Position numbers and translations under genes: made by a program. The notes below the pieces were generated by a model. That model was not told the DNA's origin, made no database searches, and worked only from the letters and a program-made list of their open reading frames with translations. Shown piece by piece: positions 15,451 to 26,240 of a stretch of 64,000 nt of DNA. Source of the stretch: an uncultured Gammaproteobacteria bacterium (lineage in GTDB: Bacteria; Pseudomonadota; Gammaproteobacteria; Arenicellales; Poriferihabitantaceae); contig CAMYNW010000021.1 in the NCBI GenBank assembly GCA_947259885.1, positions 8,836 through 72,835 of the forward strand. The letters are read 5' to 3'. Position 1 is the stretch's first letter. The number at the start of each line of letters is the position of its first letter.

Positions 15451-16764
15451 TCAAATCTCCGGTTGCGTTCGACTGGTTGCTTCGAGGCTGTTGTTACTTT
15501 GCTCATGATAGTTGCCGAGAAAGACTGCGACCAGCGTCCACAACAGCGCTATTGCCGCGGCGATAATCGCAATCGCGCCAAGGCCAAGACCTATGCCCTG
15601 GGCGAGTCCGGTATAGGTCCAGCTGGCGAGGACATCACCGCCCCGGTAGACAACGATATCAATGACGGGTTTGGTTTTAAACCGGGTTTCGCGCTCCACC
15701 CCGGTGAACAGCATTTCCCTCCCGGGTCGTGTAATGGCGTAGTTGCCGGCGCGGCGGATGATTTGCAGGGCGACCATGATTGCGAGCCCTGGGGCGATCG
15801 CAACGGCTGTCCAACCGAGCACCATGATCGCGGGAACCAGCGCGAGGGTCACCGCCAGCCCAAGTTTAGTCGCTAGACGGCTTGTCGCAAACAGCGCGGT
15901 CGCGATAGCCAGCGAATTGACGACCAGGTCCATCATTCCCCAGTATTGGGAACGGGTGGCACGATCGTAGTCGACCATAACGTTTTTCAGCTCGAAGTAA
16001 ACAAAGGTGCTCATCATCGTGTATAGCAGAATGAACAGACCGATAGCCAGCAGGAAACGGTGACCGAGAAAATCGGTAAAGCCTGCGAAAAAATCTCCCC
16101 CGATGGACTGCGTGGAACCTGATGGCGAATCGGGTTTTTCCTCGGTCGCGCCCGCCAATCTCGTCCTGTCGAGAGAAAAAATCAGTGGAATGATCAGTAA
16201 TAGCATCAACGCGGCGACCAGCAGCAGGTTATAGACGCCAAGGATTTCCCCAAGCAGCACCGGGAGGAAGGGCCCGGCGACCGCGCCGATGCTCGCGCCG
16301 GCGCCGAACACGCCGAACAGGCGCCTGGATTGCGATCTCGAATAAATATCGGACATGAAACTCCAGAACACCGAAATATGAAACATGGCGAAAAAACTGA
16401 CCCACACGTAAAACGACTTGTCGATCAGCGCGGTATCGTCAACCCAGTGTGTTGCCGCGAAAAACAGCAGGAAGGAAGCTGCGAAAAAAAGGTATACCCC
16501 GGGAACCAGCTTTTTTAATTCGATTCTGGACACGACGTATCCGTAAGCCAGCACAGCGCCGGCGCTGATAAAAAAATTGAGCGTCCACAACCAGCTCAGT
16601 TCGGCATCGCTCCAGTCGCTGGACATGGCGTCGCGCACCGGCCTTAAAACGTAGTACGCCGCCATCAGGATGAAAACGAACAGGAAGGACATTGCCGCCG
16701 CGGGAATTTCATGCGGCTCGATTTTGATCAGCTTATTGACGTAACGGAGAAATACCGGTGGCAT
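15451..16764 (-). CDS. MFS-type 12-TM carrier resembling NTP/NDP-exchange (TLC/NTT-like) transporters
   Basis: 437 aa and highly hydrophobic. The N-terminal segment FLFVFILMAAYYVLRPVRDAMSS resembles the signature start of the ATP:ADP antiporter-like MFS family. The family assignment is from memory only. Confidence 0.55.
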   Translation of the reverse strand: MPPVFLRYVNKLIKIEPHEIPAAAMSFLFVFILMAAYYVLRPVRDAMSSDWSDAELSWLWTLNFFISAGAVLAYGYVVSRIELKKLVPGVYLFFAASFLLFFAATHWVDDTALIDKSFYVWVSFFAMFHISVFWSFMSDIYSRSQSRRLFGVFGAGASIGAVAGPFLPVLLGEILGVYNLLLVAALMLLLIIPLIFSLDRTRLAGATEEKPDSPSGSTQSIGGDFFAGFTDFLGHRFLLAIGLFILLYTMMSTFVYFELKNVMVDYDRATRSQYWGMMDLVVNSLAIATALFATSRLATKLGLAVTLALVPAIMVLGWTAVAIAPGLAIMVALQIIRRAGNYAITRPGREMLFTGVERETRFKTKPVIDIVVYRGGDVLASWTYTGLAQGIGLGLGAIAIIAAAIALLWTLVAVFLGNYHEQSNNSLEATSRTQPEI

Positions 16765-17224
16765 AAGTTTATTGTCCCGATGCGGTAACCAGCAGTATAG
16801 CCGAATCCCTTTTCACCCTTGGTTAATTGGTAGTTGCTTCAATATTTTACCCTGTCCTCAGTTACCGCGTTTTGCGAGAATTGCAACGACTTCAGCCCCG
16901 AGTTGTCGCAACAGTATTCTTAGATCCGCCTTGATTTTACAGTTGTGGTCATCACCGCCGATCACAATGTATTCGCGCTGCATTACCGACCCGACGATTC
17001 AGATCGACAAGCCTTGTGGCAGCGCCAGCGGGCGGCTGGCGAAGAGATAACGCGACTGGCTATTAGGCGGCAGGCCCCAGCACCAATGCACCATGGAATC
17101 GGGTCAAGTTGAATCTGGGCTTGGACATCAGGCCGGCCAACCTGTCCGCGAAGTTCAAGCTTGCAGTATGATGGCGTGGTGCCGTCTCGAAAGATTTTTT
17201 TAAGGCGCTAACTGGCAGCGTTCA

Positions 17225-18157
17225 TCAGGTTTTCGATGCCTGAAAGATGCTTTCAATAGACGCATCGAGCATCGCATTAAACTCGTCGTCGCTCTGCTGC
17301 GCTTTTAGACCCTCAGCCAACGCACGCGAGAAGCTGGCAACCATACCATTATTGCGCGCCAGCCGTTCGTTGGCCTGCTCGCGCGAATATCCACCTGACA
17401 GTGCCACAACGCGAACGACTTTCGGGTGAGCAATCGCATCCGCGTACAGGTTGTCTTGTTCCGGTAACGTCAGTTTGAGCATCACATGTTGGTCCGCACC
17501 CAGCCGATCCAGCTCGGCCATGATCTCGCCTTTAAGCATCGCTTCGGCCTCCGCTTTGTCGGGACAATTGATGTCTACTTCCGGTTCGATGATAGGGACA
17601 AGGCCGGCGTCGCAGATTTGCCTGCCGATCTCGAATTGCTGTAACACATTGGCCTTGATGCCATCTGCTTTGGCGTGCTTTATGACCGAACGCATCTTGG
17701 TGCCAAATATACCTTTGGATTTGGCCTTTTCCAGCAATGCGGAAAGATCGGGAATCGGCTTCATCAACTGTACGCCATTCTTTTCTTCGGCAAGTCCCTT
17801 GTCGACTTTGAGAATAGGGACCACGTGCTTGACCTCCCACAGATAGTCCGCGGTTGGGCGGCCCTCGACCTCACGGTCCATGGTGTTTTCAAACAGTATC
17901 GCTGCCAGAATCCGCTCACCGGTAAATTTGGGGCTGGTCATTATCCGCGTGCGCATCTGGTGAACCATCCCGAACATTTCTTCGTCGGTCGACCATGCGT
18001 CCTCGGTGACGCCGTAAAGGCCAAGCGCCTTGGGCGTGCTGCCGCCGCTCTGGTCCAGCGCTGCGACGAAACCGTCCTGATTCTTCATTTTATCCAGCTG
18101 TTGATCGTAATTACTCACGGAATTCCTCGACTTTGATTTTAAAAATAGTTGATTCAC
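17225..18157 (-). CDS. Fructose-bisphosphate aldolase, class I (short bacterial type)
   Basis: [21 protein letters not shown], and PILKVDKGL with the Schiff-base Lys context. The likely true start is the GTG at 18118, preceded by GAGGA at 18124-18128. That gives about 297 aa. Confidence 0.85.
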   Translation of the reverse strand: MNQLFLKSKSRNSVSNYDQQLDKMKNQDGFVAALDQSGGSTPKALGLYGVTEDAWSTDEEMFGMVHQMRTRIMTSPKFTGERILAAILFENTMDREVEGRPTADYLWEVKHVVPILKVDKGLAEEKNGVQLMKPIPDLSALLEKAKSKGIFGTKMRSVIKHAKADGIKANVLQQFEIGRQICDAGLVPIIEPEVDINCPDKAEAEAMLKGEIMAELDRLGADQHVMLKLTLPEQDNLYADAIAHPKVVRVVALSGGYSREQANERLARNNGMVASFSRALAEGLKAQQSDDEFNAMLDASIESIFQASKT

Positions 18158-18547
18158 CTGATGCCAGGATATTATAAGCGGCTCGACGTAATCTTGCGCA
18201 ACTGATGATCGGCGTAGCGGGTGAGTATCTGGGATGATACCGCAAACTAGGTCCCCGGTTTTATCCGGTAAAATCGGTCAGAAATGGTATTGGCTCATGG
18301 GCCAATGCCTCGTTTTGGTTGTAATATCGAGCTTCATAAGGATTGACTCAGCCCTAGAAGTATCTTTTTTCAATTAACCTAGTACCATTCAAAGGTTTTA
18401 TGGCAGAAGGCGGCGCAATCGGTACAGGTTTTAAGGTATTAATTGAGACGATCGGCATAGACTATATCAGCCCAAGTGTTCTAAGAGGTAGATTCGAGCA
18501 ACCGACAACTGTGCTTTAAAACAGGCCTAAAACGGGAGGAAAAGATA

Positions 18548-18601
18548 ATGGCCGATGGCATCCGCCTGGGTGAGCTGCAAATCTACGTGACCACACTATG
18601 A
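18548..18601 (+). other. 17-codon upstream ORF ([17 protein letters not shown]) overlapping the glgC start
   Basis: GGGAGG at 18534-18539, 8 nt before the ATG at 18548. Its TGA (18599-18601) overlaps the glgC ATG (18598-18600). glgC itself has no recognisable SD. Confidence 0.35.
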
Positions 18602-19872
18602 ATACTCAGAAAAATATCCGCTTTGTCAGTCGTCTTACGCGACAGACCCTGGCCCTGGTGCTTGCCGGAGGCCGCGGCTCTCGCCTTTACGAACTGACCG
18701 AATGGCGTGCCAAACCAGCGGTACCTTTCGGGGGCAAATTCCGCATTATCGACTTCCCCCTTTCGAACTGCATTAACACCGGTATCCGCCGCATTGGTGT
18801 GTTAACCCAATACAAGGCGCATTCGCTGATTCGCCACTTGGTGCGTGGCTGGACCCGTTTCGATAGTGAACTCGACGAGTTTGTGGAAATTCTTCCCGCC
18901 TCACAGCGTGCCGGTGGCGAGTGGTACCAGGGCACTGCTGATGCGGTTTATCAAAACCTTGATATTACGCGCACACACAAACCCGAATACGTGCTGATCT
19001 TATCAGGCGACCATATTTATAAAATGGACTATGGCGACCTGATTGCCAGGCATGTTGAAACCCAAGCCGACATGACGATCGCCTGTCTCGAAGTCCCGAT
19101 CGAAGAAGCGGCCGGCTCATTCGGCGTAATGACGGTCGATGAATCCGGTCGAATCGTTGAATTCAATGAAAAACCGGCCAACCCGGCGCCCATACCGGGC
19201 CAACCGGGACTCTGCCTGGCTTCGATGGGTAATTATCTGTTTAACACCGAGTTTCTTTACGAGCAATTAATCAAAGATGCAGATGAGCCTAGGTCCTCGC
19301 ACGATTTCGGCAAGGACATCATCCCGTCGATTATCAAAAACTATCGTATATATGCGTACCCGTTCCGCGACATGGACACCGGCGAACGCGCCTACTGGCG
19401 TGACGTTGGCACGCTGGATGCCTTTTGGGAAGCCAACATGGAACTCGTCAATGTCACCCCTGAATTGAACCTTTATGACCAGAACTGGCCGATTCTGACG
19501 CACCAGGCGCAGATGCCGCCGGCCAAGTTCGTGTTTGACCGCGACGACCGTCGTGGTCTGGCGATTGACTCGATGGTCTCGGGCGGATGTGTGATTTCTG
19601 GTTCGCTGGTCAAACGATCGTTGCTATTTTCCAACGTCAGGATCCATTCCTATGCTGAAATAATAGATAGTGTCATCTTGCCCGATGTCGAAATCGGTCG
19701 TAACGCCCGCATCAATAAAGTTATCATCGATAGCGGATGTAAAATTGATGAAGGCATGGTGATCGGTGAAGACCATGAGCAGGATAAGCAACGTGGTTTT
19801 CGAGTTACCGAAAAAGGCGTGGTGCTGGTGACGCCCGATATGCTGCACCAGACAATCCACATGCGCAGGTAA
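18598..19872 (+). CDS. glgC: Glucose-1-phosphate adenylyltransferase
   Basis: [41 protein letters not shown]; 424 aa, a typical length. Confidence 0.95.
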   Translation: MNTQKNIRFVSRLTRQTLALVLAGGRGSRLYELTEWRAKPAVPFGGKFRIIDFPLSNCINTGIRRIGVLTQYKAHSLIRHLVRGWTRFDSELDEFVEILPASQRAGGEWYQGTADAVYQNLDITRTHKPEYVLILSGDHIYKMDYGDLIARHVETQADMTIACLEVPIEEAAGSFGVMTVDESGRIVEFNEKPANPAPIPGQPGLCLASMGNYLFNTEFLYEQLIKDADEPRSSHDFGKDIIPSIIKNYRIYAYPFRDMDTGERAYWRDVGTLDAFWEANMELVNVTPELNLYDQNWPILTHQAQMPPAKFVFDRDDRRGLAIDSMVSGGCVISGSLVKRSLLFSNVRIHSYAEIIDSVILPDVEIGRNARINKVIIDSGCKIDEGMVIGEDHEQDKQRGFRVTEKGVVLVTPDMLHQTIHMRR

Positions 19873-20002
19873 TCTGAATAGTGATGAATCGATCAAGAAT
19901 TGCCGCCGACCCATTGACTGGGCAATGGTGGGATAACTGCAAGATCGAGCTCCTCGATATAGAGCCTTACACCTGTCACAGCAGTCCGAGTGTGGTGACC
20001 TG

Positions 20003-21562
20003 ATGACTCATATCCTGATGATCGCCGCGGAAAATGGCACTTTACCGGGCGGCAAGGTAGGCGGTATCGGCGACGTCGTGCGCGAAGTTCCGGTGGCGCT
20101 GGCGCAACGCAATTGCACTGTTTCTGTGGTCACCCCGGCTTACGGTATTTTTGGCGAGTTACCTGGCGCAACCGAATTGCAGATCCTAAAGGTGAGGTTT
20201 GGCGGCCGTATAGAGTCACTCAAAGTCTACCAACTGGACGGGTTCGGTGCAGACATGGTTCGGCATTATGTGCTTGAGCATCCTTTGTTCAGCAGCTGTG
20301 GCAAAGGTCGGATTTACTGCGACGATCCACCCTCGCAACCTTTTAAAACAGATGCCGGTAAGTTTGCACTATTTTGCGCAGCGGTTGCTGTGGCTATAAA
20401 CAAAGGTCTGTTCGGTGATCTTGACGTGCTACACCTGCACGACTGGCATGCGGCTCTGATATTAATTCTGCGTCGTTATGACCCAAGCTATCGTTCCCTG
20501 CAGGCACTGCGCTGCGTCTACAGTATCCATAACCTGGCCGTCCAGGGCGTCCGACCATTTGCCCACGCGGACTCGTCGCTCGAGAAATGGTATCCGGACA
20601 TGGTTTACGAGCGTAAACAACTCGCCGATCCTCGTTGGCCCGACTGTATTAATCCGACGGCAAGCGCAATTCGCCTGGCCGATGCTGTGCACACGGTATC
20701 GCCAAGTTACGCTAAAGAAATCCTGCTTCCGGGGAGCCCCGAGGCCGGTATTCATGGTGGTGAAGGTCTCGACCATGATCTGCGTGCCGCCAGCGACGAG
20801 AAACGCCTGTTCGGTATCCTCAATGGTTGCGATTACTCGCCAAATTCGGCTCCCGCAGCTGCTGACTGGCCTGCATTATTGCAGCAGATGCGTCGGCTCA
20901 TACCGCTATGGGCCAGCCGCAATCCAACACTAGCGAGTACGCATTTCATCGCCCACCAGTCACTTAGCCAGCTCACCGATCAACGACCAAAAATGCTGCT
21001 CACCAGCGTCGGCCGTGTAACCGATCAAAAGGTAGGTTTGATGCGCCAGACCACAAGTTCGGGAGTGCCGGCCCTGCATGCTGCACTGGAATTACTGGAT
21101 GACGACGGCCTGCTGCTCATGGTTGGGACAGGCGATCCGGACTATGAGCAATTTTTGTGTGAAACCGCTGCTATCTATCGCAACTTTATTTACCTATGCG
21201 GTTTTTCCGAAGCACTGGCCCAGGCTCTTTACCAACAGGGCGATTTGTTCTTAATGCCCAGTTCTTTCGAACCCTGCGGTATCAGCCAGATGCTGGCGCT
21301 ACGTGAGGGTCAGCCTTGTCTGGTCCACCGCGTTGGTGGACTCCGCGATACGGTCAAGCATAAGAGAACGGGGTTCGTATTCAGCGGCAAAAATCCAACC
21401 GAGCGGGCCGATGCAATGGTTGCTGAAGTGAAGCGCGCGGTTAAACAGTTCGATAAAAAATTCAGAAAGTGGCAGACAATGCGTAAAGCGGCAGCGGCGG
21501 CAAGATTTGAATGGTCCGACAGTATTGATGCCTATATAAAGCTTCTTTACCAGAAATCATGA
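20003..21562 (+). CDS. glgA: Glycogen synthase (GT5, ADP-glucose type)
   Basis: N-terminal MIAAENGTLPGGKVGGIGDVV (KxGGL-like), and C-terminal PSSFEPCGISQMLALREG. 519 aa. Confidence 0.9.
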   Translation: MTHILMIAAENGTLPGGKVGGIGDVVREVPVALAQRNCTVSVVTPAYGIFGELPGATELQILKVRFGGRIESLKVYQLDGFGADMVRHYVLEHPLFSSCGKGRIYCDDPPSQPFKTDAGKFALFCAAVAVAINKGLFGDLDVLHLHDWHAALILILRRYDPSYRSLQALRCVYSIHNLAVQGVRPFAHADSSLEKWYPDMVYERKQLADPRWPDCINPTASAIRLADAVHTVSPSYAKEILLPGSPEAGIHGGEGLDHDLRAASDEKRLFGILNGCDYSPNSAPAAADWPALLQQMRRLIPLWASRNPTLASTHFIAHQSLSQLTDQRPKMLLTSVGRVTDQKVGLMRQTTSSGVPALHAALELLDDDGLLLMVGTGDPDYEQFLCETAAIYRNFIYLCGFSEALAQALYQQGDLFLMPSSFEPCGISQMLALREGQPCLVHRVGGLRDTVKHKRTGFVFSGKNPTERADAMVAEVKRAVKQFDKKFRKWQTMRKAAAAARFEWSDSIDAYIKLLYQKS

Positions 21563-21574
21563 TTTGCTAATACC

Positions 21575-21862
21575 ATGGCAACTCTGGAATCCTATTACGA
21601 GTCCATTGCACGCGGGCGGCATGGTGACCCATTCAAGATTCTGGGCCCTCACGGCGCGACCAAAAACTGGACGGTGCGGAGCTTTCAACCGCAGGCCCAA
21701 GCAGTGGAAGTCCTCGACGCCAACGATGAATTACTCACGAATATGCGACCGTTGCATGGTGACGGCCTGTTCGAAGCGCGTCTGCCGTTGCCCGTTGCTT
21801 CCATATCATCGACGATCCTTATCGATTTGCCTCACCTTTCGGGGATCTCGATCGTCACCTGA
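21575..21862 (+). pseudogene. glgB: glgB N-terminal fragment, separated from the catalytic part by a frameshift
   Basis: GRHGDPFKILGPHGATKNWTVRSFQPQAQAVEVL...[10 protein letters not shown] matches the GlgB N-terminus. The reading frame then decays ([24 protein letters not shown]-stop). Confidence 0.7.
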
Positions 21863-23709
21863 TGCGAGAAGGTAAACTGCGAAATCTCGCGGATAAACTC
21901 GGCGCTCACGTGATTGAAATGGAGGGCATCGAGGGCGTGCATTTTGCGGTCTGGGCGCCTAATGCAAGCCGCGTCAGTGTCGTCGGTTTGTTCAACGGTT
22001 GGGACGGCCGTCGCCACCCGATGCGAAGCCATCCAACTGGTGGTGTCTGGGATATCTTTATCCCGGGCCTTTGCAATGGCGATTACTACAAGTTCGAGAT
22101 ACTCGACGCAAGCGGTAAACTGCTGCCTCTGAAGGCCGACCCGTTTGCGCGACAGATGGAATTGGCGCCGGGCAATGCGTCGATTGTGCACCACCACCAT
22201 TTCAATTGGCATGATTATGAATGGCTGGCCGCGAGGCGCGCGAACAGCACACTGGATCAGCCAATGTCGATTTACGAAGTGCATCTCGGATCCTGGCGCC
22301 GGCAGGCTGATCGCAACCAGATGTTAAGTTACCGCGAACTTGCGCAAAGCCTGGTCGCTTACGTCCAGGATATGGGTTACACCCATATCGAGTTGCTCCC
22401 GGTCAGCGAGCATCCTTTCGATGGTTCTTGGGGCTATCAACCCGTTGGTCTGTTCGCACCGACTTCCCGTTTCGGTAATCCTCAGGATTTCAAGTTCTTC
22501 GTCGACAGCTGTCATCATCACGGCATCGGCGTGATCGTGGACTGGGTCCCAGCCCATTTTCCAAGTGACGAATTTGGACTCAGCCGCTTCGACGGCAGTT
22601 GCCTCTACGAGCATGCGGATCCGCGCCAGGGTGCGCATCCTGACTGGGGCACGCTGATCTTCAATTTCGGCCGGCCTGAAGTTGTCAACTACTTGATTGC
22701 AAGCGCGCTGTTCTGGGTCGAGGAATACCATATCGACGCGCTGCGGGTCGATGCCGTTGCCTCCATGCTGTACCTGGACTATTCGCGGGCCCCCGGTGAA
22801 TGGGTGCCCAATCGTTACGGCGGGAATGAAAACCTCGAGGCAGTAGCATTCCTGCGCCAGATGAACGAACAGGTACACGCCAGCGGTGCGGCCACCATCG
22901 CCGAAGAGTCAACCTCATGGCCGGGCGTTTCACACCCGGTTTATCAGGGTGGACTGGGTTTCAGTTACAAATGGAACATGGGCTGGATGCACGATAGCCT
23001 CAACTACTTCGGCGAAGACCCGGTGCATCGGCGCTATCATCATGACAATCTAACATTCGGACTGCTTTACGCATTTAGTGAAAACTTTATCCTCCCGCTT
23101 TCGCACGATGAGGTGGTACACGGCAAGGGTTCGATCATCGGACGTATGCCCGGAGACGAATGGCAGGCATTCTCCAACTTGCGGCTTTACTACACATATA
23201 TGTACACGCATCCAGGCAAGAAACTACTGTTCATGGGTGGCGAATTCGGGCAAAGACGCGAATGGAACCACGACATCTCGCTTGACTGGCACCTGCTCAA
23301 CCAACCGGCGCACGCGGGTATCCAGCGCCTGGTTCGAGACTTGAACCATTTCTACCGCAGCACAGCGGCTCTCTACCAGGCAGATTTCAAACCCGAGGGT
23401 TTCGAATGGATCGACTGCAGCGATAACGAGCAGGGGGTAATTGCATTTATACGACATGGCGCAAATTCATCCGAAATGCTCGTCGCGGTGTGTAATATGA
23501 CTCCCGTAATTCGCCGCAACTATCGAATCGGCGTGTCGGTTGCAGGCCGCTATCGGGAACGAATCAACAGCGACGCCAGCGCCTACGGTGGCAGCGGCGT
23601 TGGCAACCTCGGGGAAGTCGAATCTGACGAGATTGCTGCCCATGGACGTGACCACTCGTTAAGTTTGATTTTGCCGCCGCTGGCAGCTCTAATTCTGATA
23701 CTTGAATGA
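21862..23709 (+). CDS. glgB: 1,4-alpha-glucan branching enzyme, catalytic portion (615-aa ORF)
   Basis: [85 protein letters not shown]. The same frame read upstream of the ATG gives [19 protein letters not shown], which is still GlgB-like. Confidence 0.9.
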   Translation: MREGKLRNLADKLGAHVIEMEGIEGVHFAVWAPNASRVSVVGLFNGWDGRRHPMRSHPTGGVWDIFIPGLCNGDYYKFEILDASGKLLPLKADPFARQMELAPGNASIVHHHHFNWHDYEWLAARRANSTLDQPMSIYEVHLGSWRRQADRNQMLSYRELAQSLVAYVQDMGYTHIELLPVSEHPFDGSWGYQPVGLFAPTSRFGNPQDFKFFVDSCHHHGIGVIVDWVPAHFPSDEFGLSRFDGSCLYEHADPRQGAHPDWGTLIFNFGRPEVVNYLIASALFWVEEYHIDALRVDAVASMLYLDYSRAPGEWVPNRYGGNENLEAVAFLRQMNEQVHASGAATIAEESTSWPGVSHPVYQGGLGFSYKWNMGWMHDSLNYFGEDPVHRRYHHDNLTFGLLYAFSENFILPLSHDEVVHGKGSIIGRMPGDEWQAFSNLRLYYTYMYTHPGKKLLFMGGEFGQRREWNHDISLDWHLLNQPAHAGIQRLVRDLNHFYRSTAALYQADFKPEGFEWIDCSDNEQGVIAFIRHGANSSEMLVAVCNMTPVIRRNYRIGVSVAGRYRERINSDASAYGGSGVGNLGEVESDEIAAHGRDHSLSLILPPLAALILILE

Positions 23710-26240
23710 CCGATAACAATTTCCCAATTGACTGCAATATGAAGCCGCAAAAGAAAACAGAAATCCCTGCTCTCGCGCCACCGGGTCACGATAGCGCCAG
23801 CCTGGTGCGCGATTTTCGGCGTTATTTCAATCACACCCTGGGACGTGATCATTACCAGAGCTCTCCGCACTACGAGTTTATTGCGCTGGCAATGACGTTA
23901 CGCGACCGTCTCATGGAAGGCAGTAATAATACCCGCCACGCTTACGAACAACAGGATAGCCGCCGGGTCTGTTACCTGTCGATGGAATACCTGCTCGGTC
24001 GAAGTCTGCGCAATGCGGTCCTGAATCTGGATCTCAACGATGAACTCGCCACAGCGCTTAACCAGCTTGGCCTCAACCAAGAGGATCTTGTCGAACAGGA
24101 ACACGATGCCGGACTCGGCAACGGCGGCCTGGGTCGGCTGGCCGCCTGCTTTCTCGATAGTTGTGCGACGCTCGGCCTGCCTGTGATTGGCTACGGCATC
24201 CGCTATCAATATGGCATGTTTCGTCAGAATATTATTGCGGGACATCAGGTTGAGGAACCGGATCCCTGGCTGCGCGGTGGCCATCCCTGGGAAATCGAAC
24301 GTTCCGAGTACGAACAGGAAGTACATTTTCGTGGGCACGTCGAACACTATCTTGACGATGAAGGACGCCGACATGCACGTTGGATTGATACTCACGACGT
24401 ATTAGCGGTTCCTTTCGACATTCCGGTACCCGGTTATCATAACGGCACAGTCAATACTTTAAGACTCTGGTCGGCCGTCGCCACTGACGAATTCGACCTT
24501 GATGAATTCAACGCTGGCAGTTATACCGAAGCGGTTGCCGCCAGAACTGCGGCTGAAAACATCACCATGGTTTTATATCCAAACGATGCCAGCGAAAACG
24601 GCAAGGAACTGCGTCTGCGGCAACAGTATTTTCTTGCTTCGGCTAGCCTCAAAGATGTGATGCGACAGTGGGTTAACCGTCACGGCGAGAATTTCGACGA
24701 TTTTGCGGAAAAACACTGCTTCCAGTTGAACGACACCCACCCCAGCATCGCCGTAGCCGAATTAATGCGCCTGTTAATCGACATTCACGGTCTAGAATGG
24801 GACCCGGCCTGGAAAATCACCAGCAATTGTATGGCCTACACCAATCACACCCTGCTGCCGGAGGCGCTTGAACGCTGGCCAGTAAGCCTGTTCGAACAGC
24901 TGGTGCCAAGGGTGCTCGATATCGTGGGCGAAATTAATAGTCGCTTTATCGCGGAAATAGCAGCACGTTGGCCAAATGACGTGGAACGCCGGGAACGTAT
25001 GGCGATCATTGAAGAAGGGCCTGAGCCCATGATACGCATGGCACATCTCGCGATCGTCGGCAGTTTCTCGGTGAATGGCGTCGCTGCACTCCATTCGAAG
25101 CTGTTGAAACAGGGTCTGTTTCGGGATTTCCATCAACTATGGCCAAAGCGGCTGAATAACAAAACGAATGGTGTCACACAGCGCCGCTGGCTCAAGACCT
25201 GCAACCCGGGACTCGCGCAACTGATTACTGCCAGCATCGGAGAAGGCTGGATCACCGACCTGAATCAGCTCGGTGATCTCACTCCTCTCGCCAAGGACGC
25301 CGGGTTCCGCGAGTCCTGGCAATCGGTAAAAAAGGCCAACAAGATGAAGGTGGCCGCACTGGTAAAACAGGCCTGCGGTGTCGATCTCTATGCCGATGCC
25401 ATTTTCGATGTGCAGGTTAAACGAATACACGAATACAAACGTCAGCTACTCAACGTATTGCATGTTATCCATTTGTTGCAAAGGATTCACCGGGGCGACA
25501 CGGCTGAGTGGACGCCACGTTGTGTCCTTATCGGCGGCAAAGCCGCGCCTGGTTACTTCATGGCCAAGACCATTATAAAGCTGATCAACAATGTTGCCCA
25601 GGTGGTTAACTCCGACCCCAGAACCAAAGGCCTGTTACGCCTGGTATTCCTGCCTAACTACAATGTCAGCATCATGGAGACTATTTGCCCCGGCTGCGAC
25701 CTCTCAGAACAAATCTCGACCGCGGGTAAAGAGGCCTCCGGCACCGGCAACATGAAATTCATGATCAACGGCGCGCTTACAATCGGTACCCTCGACGGCG
25801 CCAATATAGAGATCCGCGATGCGGTGGGTACGGAAAATTTTTTCCTGTGCGGGATGAGCGCGGAAGAGGTCGCTAAAACGCGTCCGCATTACAATCCGAG
25901 GGAAATCGTCGCGGCCGACGATGAACTGCGTGAGGTCATTGAGGTGCTGCAGAGCGGTCAGTTTAATTTATCGGAATCGGGTAGTTTCGATCCGATAGTC
26001 GACGGCATTTTAAGCCCCGAGGACCCGTGGATGACGGCCGCGGATTTTGCCAGCTTCGCGGAAGCGCAGCGCCTGGTGGCAGCTACTTTTCTGGACCAGG
26101 AGCGCTGGACAAAGATGAGCATCCAGAACACCGCGGCAAGTGGTCGCTTCTCTTCTGATCGAACCATCCGCGAGTACAACGACGAGATCTGGCGACTCGA
26201 GCCGGTATTCGCAGCCACGGCGCACCATCACCTGCCATGA
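23706..26240 (+). CDS. glgP: Glycogen phosphorylase
   Basis: 844 aa with [27 protein letters not shown] (PLP-Lys motif). The ATGA overlaps the glgB stop. Confidence 0.95.
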   Translation: MTDNNFPIDCNMKPQKKTEIPALAPPGHDSASLVRDFRRYFNHTLGRDHYQSSPHYEFIALAMTLRDRLMEGSNNTRHAYEQQDSRRVCYLSMEYLLGRSLRNAVLNLDLNDELATALNQLGLNQEDLVEQEHDAGLGNGGLGRLAACFLDSCATLGLPVIGYGIRYQYGMFRQNIIAGHQVEEPDPWLRGGHPWEIERSEYEQEVHFRGHVEHYLDDEGRRHARWIDTHDVLAVPFDIPVPGYHNGTVNTLRLWSAVATDEFDLDEFNAGSYTEAVAARTAAENITMVLYPNDASENGKELRLRQQYFLASASLKDVMRQWVNRHGENFDDFAEKHCFQLNDTHPSIAVAELMRLLIDIHGLEWDPAWKITSNCMAYTNHTLLPEALERWPVSLFEQLVPRVLDIVGEINSRFIAEIAARWPNDVERRERMAIIEEGPEPMIRMAHLAIVGSFSVNGVAALHSKLLKQGLFRDFHQLWPKRLNNKTNGVTQRRWLKTCNPGLAQLITASIGEGWITDLNQLGDLTPLAKDAGFRESWQSVKKANKMKVAALVKQACGVDLYADAIFDVQVKRIHEYKRQLLNVLHVIHLLQRIHRGDTAEWTPRCVLIGGKAAPGYFMAKTIIKLINNVAQVVNSDPRTKGLLRLVFLPNYNVSIMETICPGCDLSEQISTAGKEASGTGNMKFMINGALTIGTLDGANIEIRDAVGTENFFLCGMSAEEVAKTRPHYNPREIVAADDELREVIEVLQSGQFNLSESGSFDPIVDGILSPEDPWMTAADFASFAEAQRLVAATFLDQERWTKMSIQNTAASGRFSSDRTIREYNDEIWRLEPVFAATAHHHLP

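Noticed and set aside
15376-15876. 166-aa plus-strand ORF over the AKR/MFS junction
   Set aside because: It is antisense to two good genes and has Arg/Gly/Pro-rich shadow composition.
16858-16983. 41-codon minus-strand ORF MQREYIVIGGDDHNCKIKADLRILLRQLGAEVVAILAKRGN in the MFS/aldolase spacer, faintly reminiscent of an RpiB/LacAB N-terminus
   Set aside because: It is too short and the similarity is only impressionistic. It could be a gene remnant but cannot be supported without a search.
22324-22878. 184-aa minus-strand ORF inside glgB, and similar ORFs inside glgP, glgX and malQ (e.g. 23898..24395, 27249..27935)
   Set aside because: These are alternative-frame or antisense ORFs within strongly supported glycogen genes, typical of GC-rich coding DNA.
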